NCBI GenBank assembly: GCA_001805165.1
Contig: MHEI01000088.1
Coordinates: 1 to 45,195 of the forward strand
Reading direction: 5' to 3'
DNA length: 45,195 nt
From: Nitrospirae bacterium RBG_16_43_11
Lineage (GTDB): Bacteria; Nitrospirota; 9FT-COMBO-42-15; HDB-SIOI813
Positions within the stretch are counted from its first letter, which is position 1. Each line of letters begins with the position of its first letter. The position numbers were made by a program, and so were the translations under genes. This document shows, in pieces, positions 18,420 through 26,776 of this stretch. Below the pieces are notes generated by a model, which worked only from the letters and a program-made list of their open reading frames with translations, was not told where the DNA came from and made no database searches.

Positions 18420-19544
18420 GTGCGTGTCTGCTATTTCGGAACATATGATAGAAACCGTCCTCGTAACAGAAACATCATAAAGGGATTAAAGGCAAATAAA
18501 ATAGAGGTCATAGAATGTCATTATTCGCCATGGGGCGAGGTTGAAGATAAAACTGTACTACAGGGAGTTCTCAATAAATTTGCTGTTTTGGTTCATTTCC
18601 TTTTTGCTTATTCATATCTTATCTTCCGGTACATCTTTATTGGACATCACGACGCAATAATAGTGGGCTATCTTGGACATATTGATGTGTTTGTTGCAAG
18701 ACCCCTTGCAACATTAAGGGGAAAGCCCATAGTATTTGACGCATTACTATCTCTTTATGATACAGTGGTGAATGACAGGAAGCTTTCGGGCCCGAATGGA
18801 TTCATAGGCAGGCTTTCTTTTTTTATAGACAGGACCGCTTGCCGTATGGCAGATGTTGTCGTATTGGATACGGATGCCCATATAGACTACTTTGTTAGAA
18901 CTTTTCAACTTCCCCGGGATAAATTCAGGCGAGTATTAGTAGGTGCAGACGAGTCCCAATTCTACCCTACCACTCAATTACGCAATCAGTTAACCAGTCA
19001 ACGATTAAAGGTCCTATTCTATGGCCAGTTTATTCCCCTGCATGGCATAGAATTCATTGTCAGGGCTGCAAAGATACTTGAAAAGGATAACGTGGAGTTT
19101 ACGATAATTGGAAATGGACAAGAATATAAGAAAATACGTGACATGGCTGATGTAATGAATGTCTGGAATATCAATTGGATAGACTGGATAGAATATAACA
19201 GGCTTGTAAACTACATAAACGAGGCTGATATTGTTCTTGGGATATTTGGAGGTTCGGACAAGGCAAAGCGTGTAATACCGAATAAGGTGTTTCAGGCCAT
19301 AGCCTGTAAGAAGCCGATTATTACAGGTGATTCTCCTGCAGCACGGGAATTGTTCCGGGACGGTGAGAATGCACTTTTATGCCATGTAGGTGACCCAAGG
19401 GCTATAGCTGAATCTATAGGTCTCCTGAGGGACAATGAAAATCTGAGGATAAAGATAGGATTCAATGGATATAATACATATTTATCACAGTGTAACATCG
19501 AGGCCATAGGTAATCAGATGCTGGATGTTCTTATTTGGAGATAG
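18420..19544 (+). CDS. GT-B fold glycosyltransferase (Glycos_transf_1-like C-domain)
   Basis: 'KVLFYGQFIPLHGIEFIVRAAKIL...FTIIGNGQEYKKI...IPNKVFQAIACKKPIITGDSPAARELF'. GTG start at 18420 preceded by AGGAGGTGA. Confidence 0.7.
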   Translation: MRVCYFGTYDRNRPRNRNIIKGLKANKIEVIECHYSPWGEVEDKTVLQGVLNKFAVLVHFLFAYSYLIFRYIFIGHHDAIIVGYLGHIDVFVARPLATLRGKPIVFDALLSLYDTVVNDRKLSGPNGFIGRLSFFIDRTACRMADVVVLDTDAHIDYFVRTFQLPRDKFRRVLVGADESQFYPTTQLRNQLTSQRLKVLFYGQFIPLHGIEFIVRAAKILEKDNVEFTIIGNGQEYKKIRDMADVMNVWNINWIDWIEYNRLVNYINEADIVLGIFGGSDKAKRVIPNKVFQAIACKKPIITGDSPAARELFRDGENALLCHVGDPRAIAESIGLLRDNENLRIKIGFNGYNTYLSQCNIEAIGNQMLDVLIWR

Positions 19545-19563
19545 AAACCGAGATGATACTACA

Positions 19564-20493
19564 ATGACGGCTTTAAATAAGAAAATCCTCAGTATTGCTA
19601 TATTGTTAATAATTGTATATTTCTTTGGCAGGGTCATTGACAGGGAATGGGGTAAGATATCAGGGTATAACTGGTCTCCTCATCTGTCATGGCTTCTATT
19701 ATCCATATTAATCTTGTTTATTGTTTACTTAATGGCTGCTTTTGGATGGACATTGGTTTTATGGATGATAGGGGGAAGGATAGGATGGGTCAGAGGATTT
19801 TATATCTTTCTGCTCTCTATCTTCGGACGATATATCCCCGGCGGTGTATGGTCAGTCCTTGGAAGGGTATATCTATGCAGGCTTGAGGGGATACCCGATT
19901 CAAGGTCAAGTATGAGTATTCTGCTGGAGCAGGCCTATCCTATTGTATCAGCCAGCATTGTGTTTGCCGCCTCACTCCTTTTCTGGAGTGATACACGCAT
20001 TGTAGCGAGGATGCTCCCGTTACTCATTTTACTGCCGACGTCTTTTGTATTTCTTCATCCAAAACCGTTTCTCAGCATAGTGAATCCCATTCTGACACGA
20101 TTTGGCAGAGGCCCTCTCGACATTTCCCTCACTTTTAACAATATGATCATCCTCACGTTTTACTATTTATTTTACTGGATAGTTGCAGGTATTGCCTTTT
20201 ACTTTTTCATAAGGGCGTTTTTCCCATTGGAACTATACTATATTCCAATTCTTAGCGGGATATATGCGATTTCATTTACTGCAGGGTATCTTAGTTTTTT
20301 CACACCTGCAGGCTTGGGTGTACGGGAAGGTATTCTCACCCTTCTTCTGAGCCTTTTTATCCCCACACCTGTTGCAATCGGGGTAACACTTCTATCAAGA
20401 TTATGGCTTATAGGGGTTGAATTGATTATACTAACAGTCTTTCTTATAAATGCTAAGACACGTAAGATGGCAAAGACTGCACTGGGATGGTGA
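19564..20493 (+). CDS. UPF0104 / LPG_synthase_TM-type 'flippase-like' polytopic membrane protein
   Basis: About 8 TM helices with 'GRYIPGGVWSVLGRVYLCRLEGIP' and 'FFTPAGLGVREGILTLLL'-type motifs. ATG 19564 (MTALNKK) is preferred over the track start at 19525. Confidence 0.68.
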   Translation: MTALNKKILSIAILLIIVYFFGRVIDREWGKISGYNWSPHLSWLLLSILILFIVYLMAAFGWTLVLWMIGGRIGWVRGFYIFLLSIFGRYIPGGVWSVLGRVYLCRLEGIPDSRSSMSILLEQAYPIVSASIVFAASLLFWSDTRIVARMLPLLILLPTSFVFLHPKPFLSIVNPILTRFGRGPLDISLTFNNMIILTFYYLFYWIVAGIAFYFFIRAFFPLELYYIPILSGIYAISFTAGYLSFFTPAGLGVREGILTLLLSLFIPTPVAIGVTLLSRLWLIGVELIILTVFLINAKTRKMAKTALGW

Positions 20494-20570
20494 AATTAAT
20501 CTTTGTAATACCCTACTTCCAGGAGTAAGTGCCAAAATAACAAACCTGCAATATTAAGTTTATTCCTGCT

Positions 20571-21458
20571 TCAATGTTTATGTTTGTGTTCCGGTTCTTC
20601 TGTCCGGTCTAATCTCAACTGAGCTATCTGTTCGGCAATCAGCGTCATCATAAAGATGATAACACCATTGCCTATAAGCAATGCAGACATGTTTGTAAAT
20701 CTGTGCATCGTTATAAACGTATAGATATAATATCCTATCCCTGCAGTAAAAAATGCAGCACTTACCGGAAGGAAGACCCTCGATGGCGAGAAAAGTGTGG
20801 CTATCTTCAGCATGATCATAAAGAATCTCACGCCATCCTTCAGAAGCTTTATCTTGCTCTTTCCTTCCCGCTTTCTTGCCACAATAGGTACAAAGGTAAC
20901 GTTGTGGCCTGACCTGATTAAAGAAAGGGTAAGTGTGGATGGATAAGAAAAGGTATTGGGGAGAAGGTATATAAACCTTTTCGCGATCTCGCCTTTAATT
21001 GCCCTGAAACCAGAAGTAAGGTCCAGTATATCTTTTTTAGTAAGATAGGAAGCAAACCTGTTATAAATTGAATTGGCAATATCCCTGTGAACAGATGTCT
21101 CAGACTCCCTTGTCCTTGCCCCTATCACCATGTCATAGGGACCAAGCTGTTCAAGAAGTCTCGGTATATCTTCAGGCTTATGCTGACCATCAGCATCCAT
21201 AAGCACGATTATATCCCCGGTTGCAGCACGGAGCCCGCTCTTTACCGCAGCCCCATTACCAAGATTATATGGGTGGCTTACGACAGTTGCCCCTGCCTCA
21301 CGTGCCACCTTCTCCGTACTGTCTTTGGAACCATCATTTACAACTACTATCTCACATGACCCGCCCAATACATCCCGTACCCCTTTAATGACCTTGCCGA
21401 TGCCCTTTTCCTCATTCATTGCCGGGATAACTACTGATATGGTTTGCTCAGAATTCAT
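20571..21458 (-). CDS. Family-2 glycosyltransferase with two C-terminal TM helices (GtrB/ArnC-like polyprenyl-phosphate sugar synthase)
   Basis: 'ISVVIPAMNEEKGI', 'VVNDGSKDST', 'LMDADGQHKPEDI'. C-terminal hydrophobic helices 'FFMIMLKIATLFSP...' and 'LLIGNGVIIFMMTLIAEQI'. The only minus-strand gene in this stretch. Confidence 0.85.
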   Translation of the reverse strand: MNSEQTISVVIPAMNEEKGIGKVIKGVRDVLGGSCEIVVVNDGSKDSTEKVAREAGATVVSHPYNLGNGAAVKSGLRAATGDIIVLMDADGQHKPEDIPRLLEQLGPYDMVIGARTRESETSVHRDIANSIYNRFASYLTKKDILDLTSGFRAIKGEIAKRFIYLLPNTFSYPSTLTLSLIRSGHNVTFVPIVARKREGKSKIKLLKDGVRFFMIMLKIATLFSPSRVFLPVSAAFFTAGIGYYIYTFITMHRFTNMSALLIGNGVIIFMMTLIAEQIAQLRLDRTEEPEHKHKH

Positions 21459-21589
21459 AAGAGTTTTTATGTTAACCTATATTCTAATAAAGGTCAATTT
21501 TGCAAAATGTGCATGCATCTGCAGAATCTTCTTGCCATCTTTTTAAAAATCTTCAAAGTGGTATATCTATTGCATATAAATATGTATTG
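21459..21589. promoter_or_regulatory. Divergent intergenic region containing the motif TGGTATATCTATTGC (21559-21573)
   Basis: 131 bp and AT-rich. The motif matches 14 of 15 positions of TGGTATATTTATTGC at 24835-24849 and resembles an extended -10 element (TGnTATAAT). Confidence 0.3.
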
Positions 21590-24500
21590 ATGTTAAAACA
21601 TCATGGTGTGAGACCCCGCTTAACCTATCTATTAGTAGTATGCCTGTTTATTTCTATCCTTACAGGCTGCAGTAGTGAGTATAATACTATTGGCCCAACA
21701 TTAGAAGGGAAAGAAAGCATAACCGGTGGGACAATGTTATTACTGGCTGGCAGGCCAGGAGGCGTAGGTACCTCTGATGCTATAGGCACACTTGCAAGAT
21801 TTAATTCACCCCGTGGAATTGCGGTTTATGGAGATACCCTCTATGTTACTGACAAAAGCAATCACACAATTCGAAAAATAGATTTATACACTAAATCCGT
21901 AACAACGATTGCAGGTTATCCTGGCAGACCGGGAGTTAATGACGGTATTGGCAGTAACGCCAGATTTTATTTCCCTGAGGGCATTGCTACTGACGGTGTT
22001 TATCTATATGTGGCTGATACCGGAAACCAAGCTATACGTAAGATAGAAATAGATAGTGGCAGCGTTGTCACACTTGCCGGTAAGCGTGGGCAGGCTGGTT
22101 TTATGGACGGAACTGGCACGAATGCCATGTTCAGAGTACCATCCGGTATAACAATGATGGACAATTTGCTCTATGTAGCAGATACAGACAATCATATTAT
22201 AAGGCGGGTCAATAAAAATAGCGGTGAAACAGTTACTGTAGCAGGTACTGCTTCTACAGCAGGTAACACAGACGGTACTGGTGTCTCTGCCCTCTTTTAC
22301 TATCCTTTTGGAATCACCAATGATGGGAATTATTTATTCATTGCTGATACATTTAACCACACTATAAGAAGGTTGAATGCTCAGACCGGAGAGGTTATTA
22401 CCCTGGCCGGCAAAGTTGGGGAAAGAGGTTTTGCGAATGGACTGCTTTCGGATGCAAGCTTTTCTTATCCATCAGGCCTGATAATAAAATCAGGAGAACT
22501 ATTTGTTTCTGAGTTGGGGAATGATGTGATCAGGGCAGTAGATTTGTCTCAGGGTATGGTTAATACAATTGCCGGTACTCCGCAAGTCTCGGGAACTTCA
22601 GACGGTCCCCCGGGGATTGGTAAGTTTAACAGTCCAGCTGACTTGATTATCGTAGGTGACAATCTGTATGTTACTGACATGGATAACAACACGATACGAA
22701 GTGTCAATGTTTCTAACGGAGAGCTGATAACTATAGCAGGGTCTCCATCGTATACAGGGGCTACAGATGAGACTGGCGGGAACAGCAGATTTAGCACACC
22801 GGGTGGTATAGCAATGGATGGAGGTGTCCTATATGTAGCAGATACCTTTAATCATACTATACGAAAGGTAGATGCAGAGACAGGGGCGGTAACTACAATT
22901 GCAGGCAGAGCCGGGGTATCCGGCACTACTGATAGTTCAGAGAGTGCCGCTGTATTTAATTCACCCACGGATGTGATAGCGGATGCGAGTGGTGAGTTTA
23001 TTTATATAGTAGATACAGATAATCATGTTATAAGGAGTATGAACATTGCTACCGGTGAAGTGCGCACATTTGCCGGATATCCCGGTACGTCCGGGACAGC
23101 GGATGGAATTGGGACAGTGGCGAGGTTTAATTCGCCGCGTCGGGGTGTGAGGATAGGAGATAAATTATATATCGTTGATACAGGGAATCATGTAATACGC
23201 GTAATTGATCTTCTTACAAAGGAGGTAGCAATTCTGGCAGGGGAGAAGGGTGTGACAGGCTGGATAGATACAGATGAAAGCACTTCCGGAGTTGCCCGGT
23301 TTAACAGCCCCGGAGATGTAGCAACTGACGGGGACTTCCTATATGTAGCGGATACAGGTAATCATGTTATAAGAAAGATAGACCTGTATAACGGTGTCGT
23401 TGAGACCATTGCAGGAATCCGCGGAGGTTCAGGTCTTGTGGATAGCGTTAATGGTTCTCCTTTGTTTAAATTGCCCGAGGGTATTACCTGGCATAATGGA
23501 ATCCTTTATGTCTCAGACACTGGTAACCATATAATGAGAAAGGTAGACCTTGCCACAGGGGAGGTATCTTTTTTGGCTGGAGACGTGTTTTGTACAGAGG
23601 AGACAGAGGTTATAAATGATGTAAGCACAATAAATAAGAGTTGCAATGGTCAACCCACAGGCACAAGTGCTTTTGGTGATTCGACTGACGGAACTGGCAA
23701 AACCACATCTTTTAATGCCCCTTCAGGAGTTAATACAGACGGTGTCTATCTCTATGTAATGGACTCAGGAACTAACAGGATCAGGAGGGTAAATAAGGAT
23801 ACAGGAGAGACACAGACCTTTTCGTATTCAAGGCATAAGGGTGTTCCCTTGAATTTTCCGTCGGGTGGTGATTTGGCTGGTGATGTCCTATATATTGCGG
23901 ATAAAGGTAATCACATAGTACGTAAATTAGAGATTAATGATCTTAGCAGCGCTCCTTTGATCCTGATAGCAGGCAATCTTGGGGTAAGCGGCTATGGTTA
24001 TAGCGCCGGATATTCGGCCAGCTTCTATAACCCTGTTGGTATTACTGCTGATGGCATGGGGAATCTGTATGTGGCTGATACAGGAAATCATACTATCAGA
24101 AAAGTAGTGATATCTACCGGCGAAGTAACTACAGTTGCAGGTATACCGGCAAGGCCGGGATTTATGAATAGTGAATTTGGTAATCCCATGTTTAACTATC
24201 CAAGAGGCATCTGTATTATTGGGAACCATCTGTATGTGGCGGACTCCGGAAGCCATCTTGTGCGCAGAGTCAATCTTTCCACAGGATATGTGGGGCTTGT
24301 AGCCGGTTTGAGTGATTACGTCTTGAACATAGGTTCTCCGGGAACCTCAGACAGTACAGGGGCAGCAGCAGGGTTTAGTGACCCGAGGGGTATTACCACA
24401 GATGGCAAATATCTTTATGTCACAGATAGTGGTAATCATACTATAAGGAGGATCCTGGCAGCCACCGGTCAGGTAAGGACGATTGCAGGTATGCCTGGAG

Positions 24501-24799
24501 AAGCAGGTTATGTTGACGATGTCAGCTTTGATGCAAGATTTAATTATCCGAGGGGAATCACTGTTGATGGAGATTATCTGTATGTGGCGGATACGGGGAA
24601 CAATGTGTTCCGTAGGGTGAATAAGTATACCGGAGAGGTTCTTACATTGTCAGGCAAGAAGGGAGAATCTTCTTTTATACAGGGTACAAGGGAAGATGCC
24701 AGATACAACAATGTGGTAAGCGTTACGACTGTACCGGAGACGCCATATTTATACTTTACCGATAGTGCTGAAAATGTAGTTGGGAAGATTGAAAAATAG
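21590..24799 (+). CDS. Giant NHL-repeat lipoprotein (18 blade units, consistent with three 6-bladed beta-propellers)
   Basis: From ATG 21590: 'MLKHHGVRPRLTYLLVVCLFISILTGC', a basic n-region, h-region and lipobox LTGC. This is followed by 18 units of about 57 aa of the form 'G..G..DG.G..ARFN.P.GI..DG..LYVADTGNHTIRK(I/V)D'. The track start at 21500 is TTG and precedes the signal peptide. Confidence 0.9.
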   Translation: MLKHHGVRPRLTYLLVVCLFISILTGCSSEYNTIGPTLEGKESITGGTMLLLAGRPGGVGTSDAIGTLARFNSPRGIAVYGDTLYVTDKSNHTIRKIDLYTKSVTTIAGYPGRPGVNDGIGSNARFYFPEGIATDGVYLYVADTGNQAIRKIEIDSGSVVTLAGKRGQAGFMDGTGTNAMFRVPSGITMMDNLLYVADTDNHIIRRVNKNSGETVTVAGTASTAGNTDGTGVSALFYYPFGITNDGNYLFIADTFNHTIRRLNAQTGEVITLAGKVGERGFANGLLSDASFSYPSGLIIKSGELFVSELGNDVIRAVDLSQGMVNTIAGTPQVSGTSDGPPGIGKFNSPADLIIVGDNLYVTDMDNNTIRSVNVSNGELITIAGSPSYTGATDETGGNSRFSTPGGIAMDGGVLYVADTFNHTIRKVDAETGAVTTIAGRAGVSGTTDSSESAAVFNSPTDVIADASGEFIYIVDTDNHVIRSMNIATGEVRTFAGYPGTSGTADGIGTVARFNSPRRGVRIGDKLYIVDTGNHVIRVIDLLTKEVAILAGEKGVTGWIDTDESTSGVARFNSPGDVATDGDFLYVADTGNHVIRKIDLYNGVVETIAGIRGGSGLVDSVNGSPLFKLPEGITWHNGILYVSDTGNHIMRKVDLATGEVSFLAGDVFCTEETEVINDVSTINKSCNGQPTGTSAFGDSTDGTGKTTSFNAPSGVNTDGVYLYVMDSGTNRIRRVNKDTGETQTFSYSRHKGVPLNFPSGGDLAGDVLYIADKGNHIVRKLEINDLSSAPLILIAGNLGVSGYGYSAGYSASFYNPVGITADGMGNLYVADTGNHTIRKVVISTGEVTTVAGIPARPGFMNSEFGNPMFNYPRGICIIGNHLYVADSGSHLVRRVNLSTGYVGLVAGLSDYVLNIGSPGTSDSTGAAAGFSDPRGITTDGKYLYVTDSGNHTIRRILAATGQVRTIAGMPGEAGYVDDVSFDARFNYPRGITVDGDYLYVADTGNNVFRRVNKYTGEVLTLSGKKGESSFIQGTREDARYNNVVSVTTVPETPYLYFTDSAENVVGKIEK
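21725..24796 (+). repeat. 18 tandem NHL-type coding repeats (protein-level periodicity of about 170 nt)
   Basis: Counted blade cores: LYVTDKSNHTIRKID, LYVADTGNQAIRKIE, LYVADTDNHIIRRVN, LFIADTFNHTIRRLN, LFVSELGNDVIRAVD, LYVTDMDNNTIRSVN, LYVADTFNHTIRKVD, IYIVDTDNHVIRSMN, LYIVDTGNHVIRVID, LYVADTGNHVIRKID, LYVSDTGNHIMRKVD, LYVMDSGTNRIRRVN, LYIADKGNHIVRKLE, LYVADTGNHTIRKVV, LYVADSGSHLVRRVN, LYVTDSGNHTIRRIL, LYVADTGNNVFRRVN, LYFTDSAENVVGKIE. Confidence 0.85.
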
Positions 24800-24939
24800 C
24801 TTGTAATATAGAAGGTTGTTGGTATATTTATGGCTGGTATATTTATTGCTTAATTATATAGAAGGTTGCATTTAGTCTGAATTCCATGGGCGGCAGCATA
24901 TCCTTTTCCCGTACATTACGTCCTTTCCGTGCATTACAA
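24800..24939. promoter_or_regulatory. Intergenic region with nested perfect direct repeats upstream of the export operon
   Basis: ATATAGAAGGTTG occurs at 24806-24818 and 24856-24868, exactly 50 bp apart. TGGTATATTTAT occurs at 24820-24831 and 24835-24846, 15 bp apart. Each TGGTATATT resembles an extended -10, with TTGTAA (24801-24806) or TTGTTG (24816-24821) 16 bp upstream as weak -35 candidates. Confidence 0.4.
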
Positions 24940-26082
24940 ATGCATGGTTTGATTCTTCTGTTTTTATCCCTTATGCCTTCTATGGCAAGGGCAGAGGACG
25001 GTATCCATATCAAATCCATGCTCATACCGTATGTTACAATAGAGACGGTTCAAAGTGATAATATATATTTTACACCGGACTTGAAACAAAGTGGTTACAG
25101 TGTCACTACTGCCCCTGGTATTAAACTGGAACTACCGTTAAACAGACATATGCTTTCTCTGGATTACGACACTGAAATGACAAGATATGTTGACTTCAGT
25201 AGTGAGAATACCACGGACCATCATTTCAAGGGACAAATTGACCTCAAATTCGGCAACCTTGCAGGGATGCAGCTGCAAAGCACACACATGAATGATCATG
25301 AGCCGAGAAGCTCATCACATACAGGCATAATTGAAAAATATGAAAGCGATGCTTTTACAGCTTCTTTTTCATATCAACTTGCAGATGTGTCAAAAGTTCA
25401 GTTGGATTATGCAACTACTGAATGGGATTTTAGATCAAGCAGTTTCAGGGAAAGGAATGAGATTCTGATATCCGGTTATATATATTACAGGGTGTTACCG
25501 AAGACATCTGCCTTTATGGAATATGACCGCAGGAATATAGATTATGATACATTTTCAAATTTCACAGATAATAAATCAGATAGCGCCCTCCTGGGTCTTA
25601 AGTGGGGGATTAATGAGAGATCGCAGGGAGTGATAAAGGGCGGATATGCATGGAAGGATTTTGATTCAGCTTCTAAGGAAGACTATGACACATGGACATT
25701 ATCAGTAGATTTGAGCCACAGGTTTACTGATTATACAGCCTTATCACTGGTGAATAAGAGGATCGTAAAAGAGGCAACCATACAGGGTGCAGACCTTATC
25801 CTGAGCTCTGAAAGCCATGCAAATTTTACTCACAGGTTTTATACAAGAATTGATGCTGTTCTTCAAGGATATTATAGTAAGAATAATTTTCTTGATGTCA
25901 GCAGCGGTGATAAAGAAATCAGAGAGGACAGAATAATTGCCGTAGGTGCAGGCGTGAAATATTATTTTAATGATTTGATGTCGCTTTTACTTGATTATGA
26001 ACACAGGGAGAGGAACTCAAGTGACAACAGCAATGACTATGATAATAATTCCTATATATTAAGCTTAAGATTTGAATTATAA
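24940..26082 (+). CDS. Outer-membrane beta-barrel protein (EPS-locus-associated porin-like)
   Basis: From ATG 24940: signal peptide 'MHGLILLFLSLMPSMARAEDG'. Alternating-hydrophobicity strands rich in Y/D/N turns, with a C-terminal beta-signal-like 'SYILSLRFEL'. The track start at 24886 adds a non-signal extension. Confidence 0.62.
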   Translation: MHGLILLFLSLMPSMARAEDGIHIKSMLIPYVTIETVQSDNIYFTPDLKQSGYSVTTAPGIKLELPLNRHMLSLDYDTEMTRYVDFSSENTTDHHFKGQIDLKFGNLAGMQLQSTHMNDHEPRSSSHTGIIEKYESDAFTASFSYQLADVSKVQLDYATTEWDFRSSSFRERNEILISGYIYYRVLPKTSAFMEYDRRNIDYDTFSNFTDNKSDSALLGLKWGINERSQGVIKGGYAWKDFDSASKEDYDTWTLSVDLSHRFTDYTALSLVNKRIVKEATIQGADLILSSESHANFTHRFYTRIDAVLQGYYSKNNFLDVSSGDKEIREDRIIAVGAGVKYYFNDLMSLLLDYEHRERNSSDNSNDYDNNSYILSLRFEL

Positions 26083-26132
26083 TTAGTGCTTGTATCATTT
26101 TTATTAACACATGTTACAGGAGGTATCTGACT

Positions 26133-26762
26133 ATGGTAAATAAAAAAATATATTGTCTTGTTACCTGCATTGTGATTGCGGCAGTATTTTCTTTAAACAC
26201 CGCATGGGCAGGAGATGCTAAAAAAACATCTTACAAAATGATAGAACGGGATGTCGCCGCTAAAGTGCCTGTACATGATATTATCAAACATGCCGTTGAT
26301 TCCGGTATGGATATCGGCAGTGTCGTTGATGCCCTTATAAAGAGCGGAACCGATGCATCATCTGTCGTGTATACTTCAATTACAGAGGGCTATCCAGCAG
26401 TTGATGTTGTCAGATCGGCTGTAGAGGCGGATTCTCCGCTGAGTACTGTAGTCAATTCTGCAATTAACGGAGGTGCGGATACGGAGATGGTTGCCAAAGG
26501 GGCACTTAAGGCCGGGGAATCTCCTTCAGCAGTTGCAACTGAAATCTCTGCCGCTACAGCGCCACAGTCTCCTGTATTCAGTTCATCGCCATTCTCTGGC
26601 CGGAAACATAGCGCCAAACAAAAAAATAGCGATGATGACTCGGATTCTATATCAGGAAGTAACAGCTTGGATACTGCTATAAGTATGGATTTGGAGAAGG
26701 AAAAACCTCCGCATGATGATCGGGGTAATCATTATGGCACTATACATAAACCGCAAAAATAG
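26133..26762 (+). CDS. Secreted protein of unknown function with 14-residue tandem repeats and an acidic, Ser-rich tail
   Basis: Signal peptide 'MVNKKIYCLVTCIVIAAVFSLNTAWA|GD'. AGGAGG lies about 8 nt upstream. I recognise no family for it. Confidence 0.6.
   Translation: MVNKKIYCLVTCIVIAAVFSLNTAWAGDAKKTSYKMIERDVAAKVPVHDIIKHAVDSGMDIGSVVDALIKSGTDASSVVYTSITEGYPAVDVVRSAVEADSPLSTVVNSAINGGADTEMVAKGALKAGESPSAVATEISAATAPQSPVFSSSPFSGRKHSAKQKNSDDDSDSISGSNSLDTAISMDLEKEKPPHDDRGNHYGTIHKPQK
26286..26537 (+). repeat. Six contiguous 14-aa coding repeats (x-x-A-x-x-x-G-x-x-x-x-x-V-V)
   Basis: KHAVDSGMDIGSVV / DALIKSGTDASSVV / YTSITEGYPAVDVV / RSAVEADSPLSTVV / NSAINGGADTEMVA / KGALKAGESPSAVA. Weaker flanking units are ERDVAAKVPVHDII and TEISAATAPQSPVF. 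Confidence 0.55.
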
Positions 26763-26776
26763 TTAATTGATATTGT

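Noticed and set aside
20494-20570. Expected a bidirectional rho-independent terminator between the convergent UPF0104 gene and the GT2 gene.
   Set aside because: I could find only 4-5 bp complementary stretches and a direct CCTGC repeat. There is no GC-rich stem followed by a T-tract, so no terminator is called.
21725-24796. Whether the NHL repeats represent recent DNA duplications or recombination cassettes (DNA-level tandem repeat).
   Set aside because: Units share only short nucleotide strings (e.g. CTGTATGTGGCGGA at about 24231 and about 24581). Synonymous positions are diverged. The periodicity is at the protein level and ancient, not a recent expansion.
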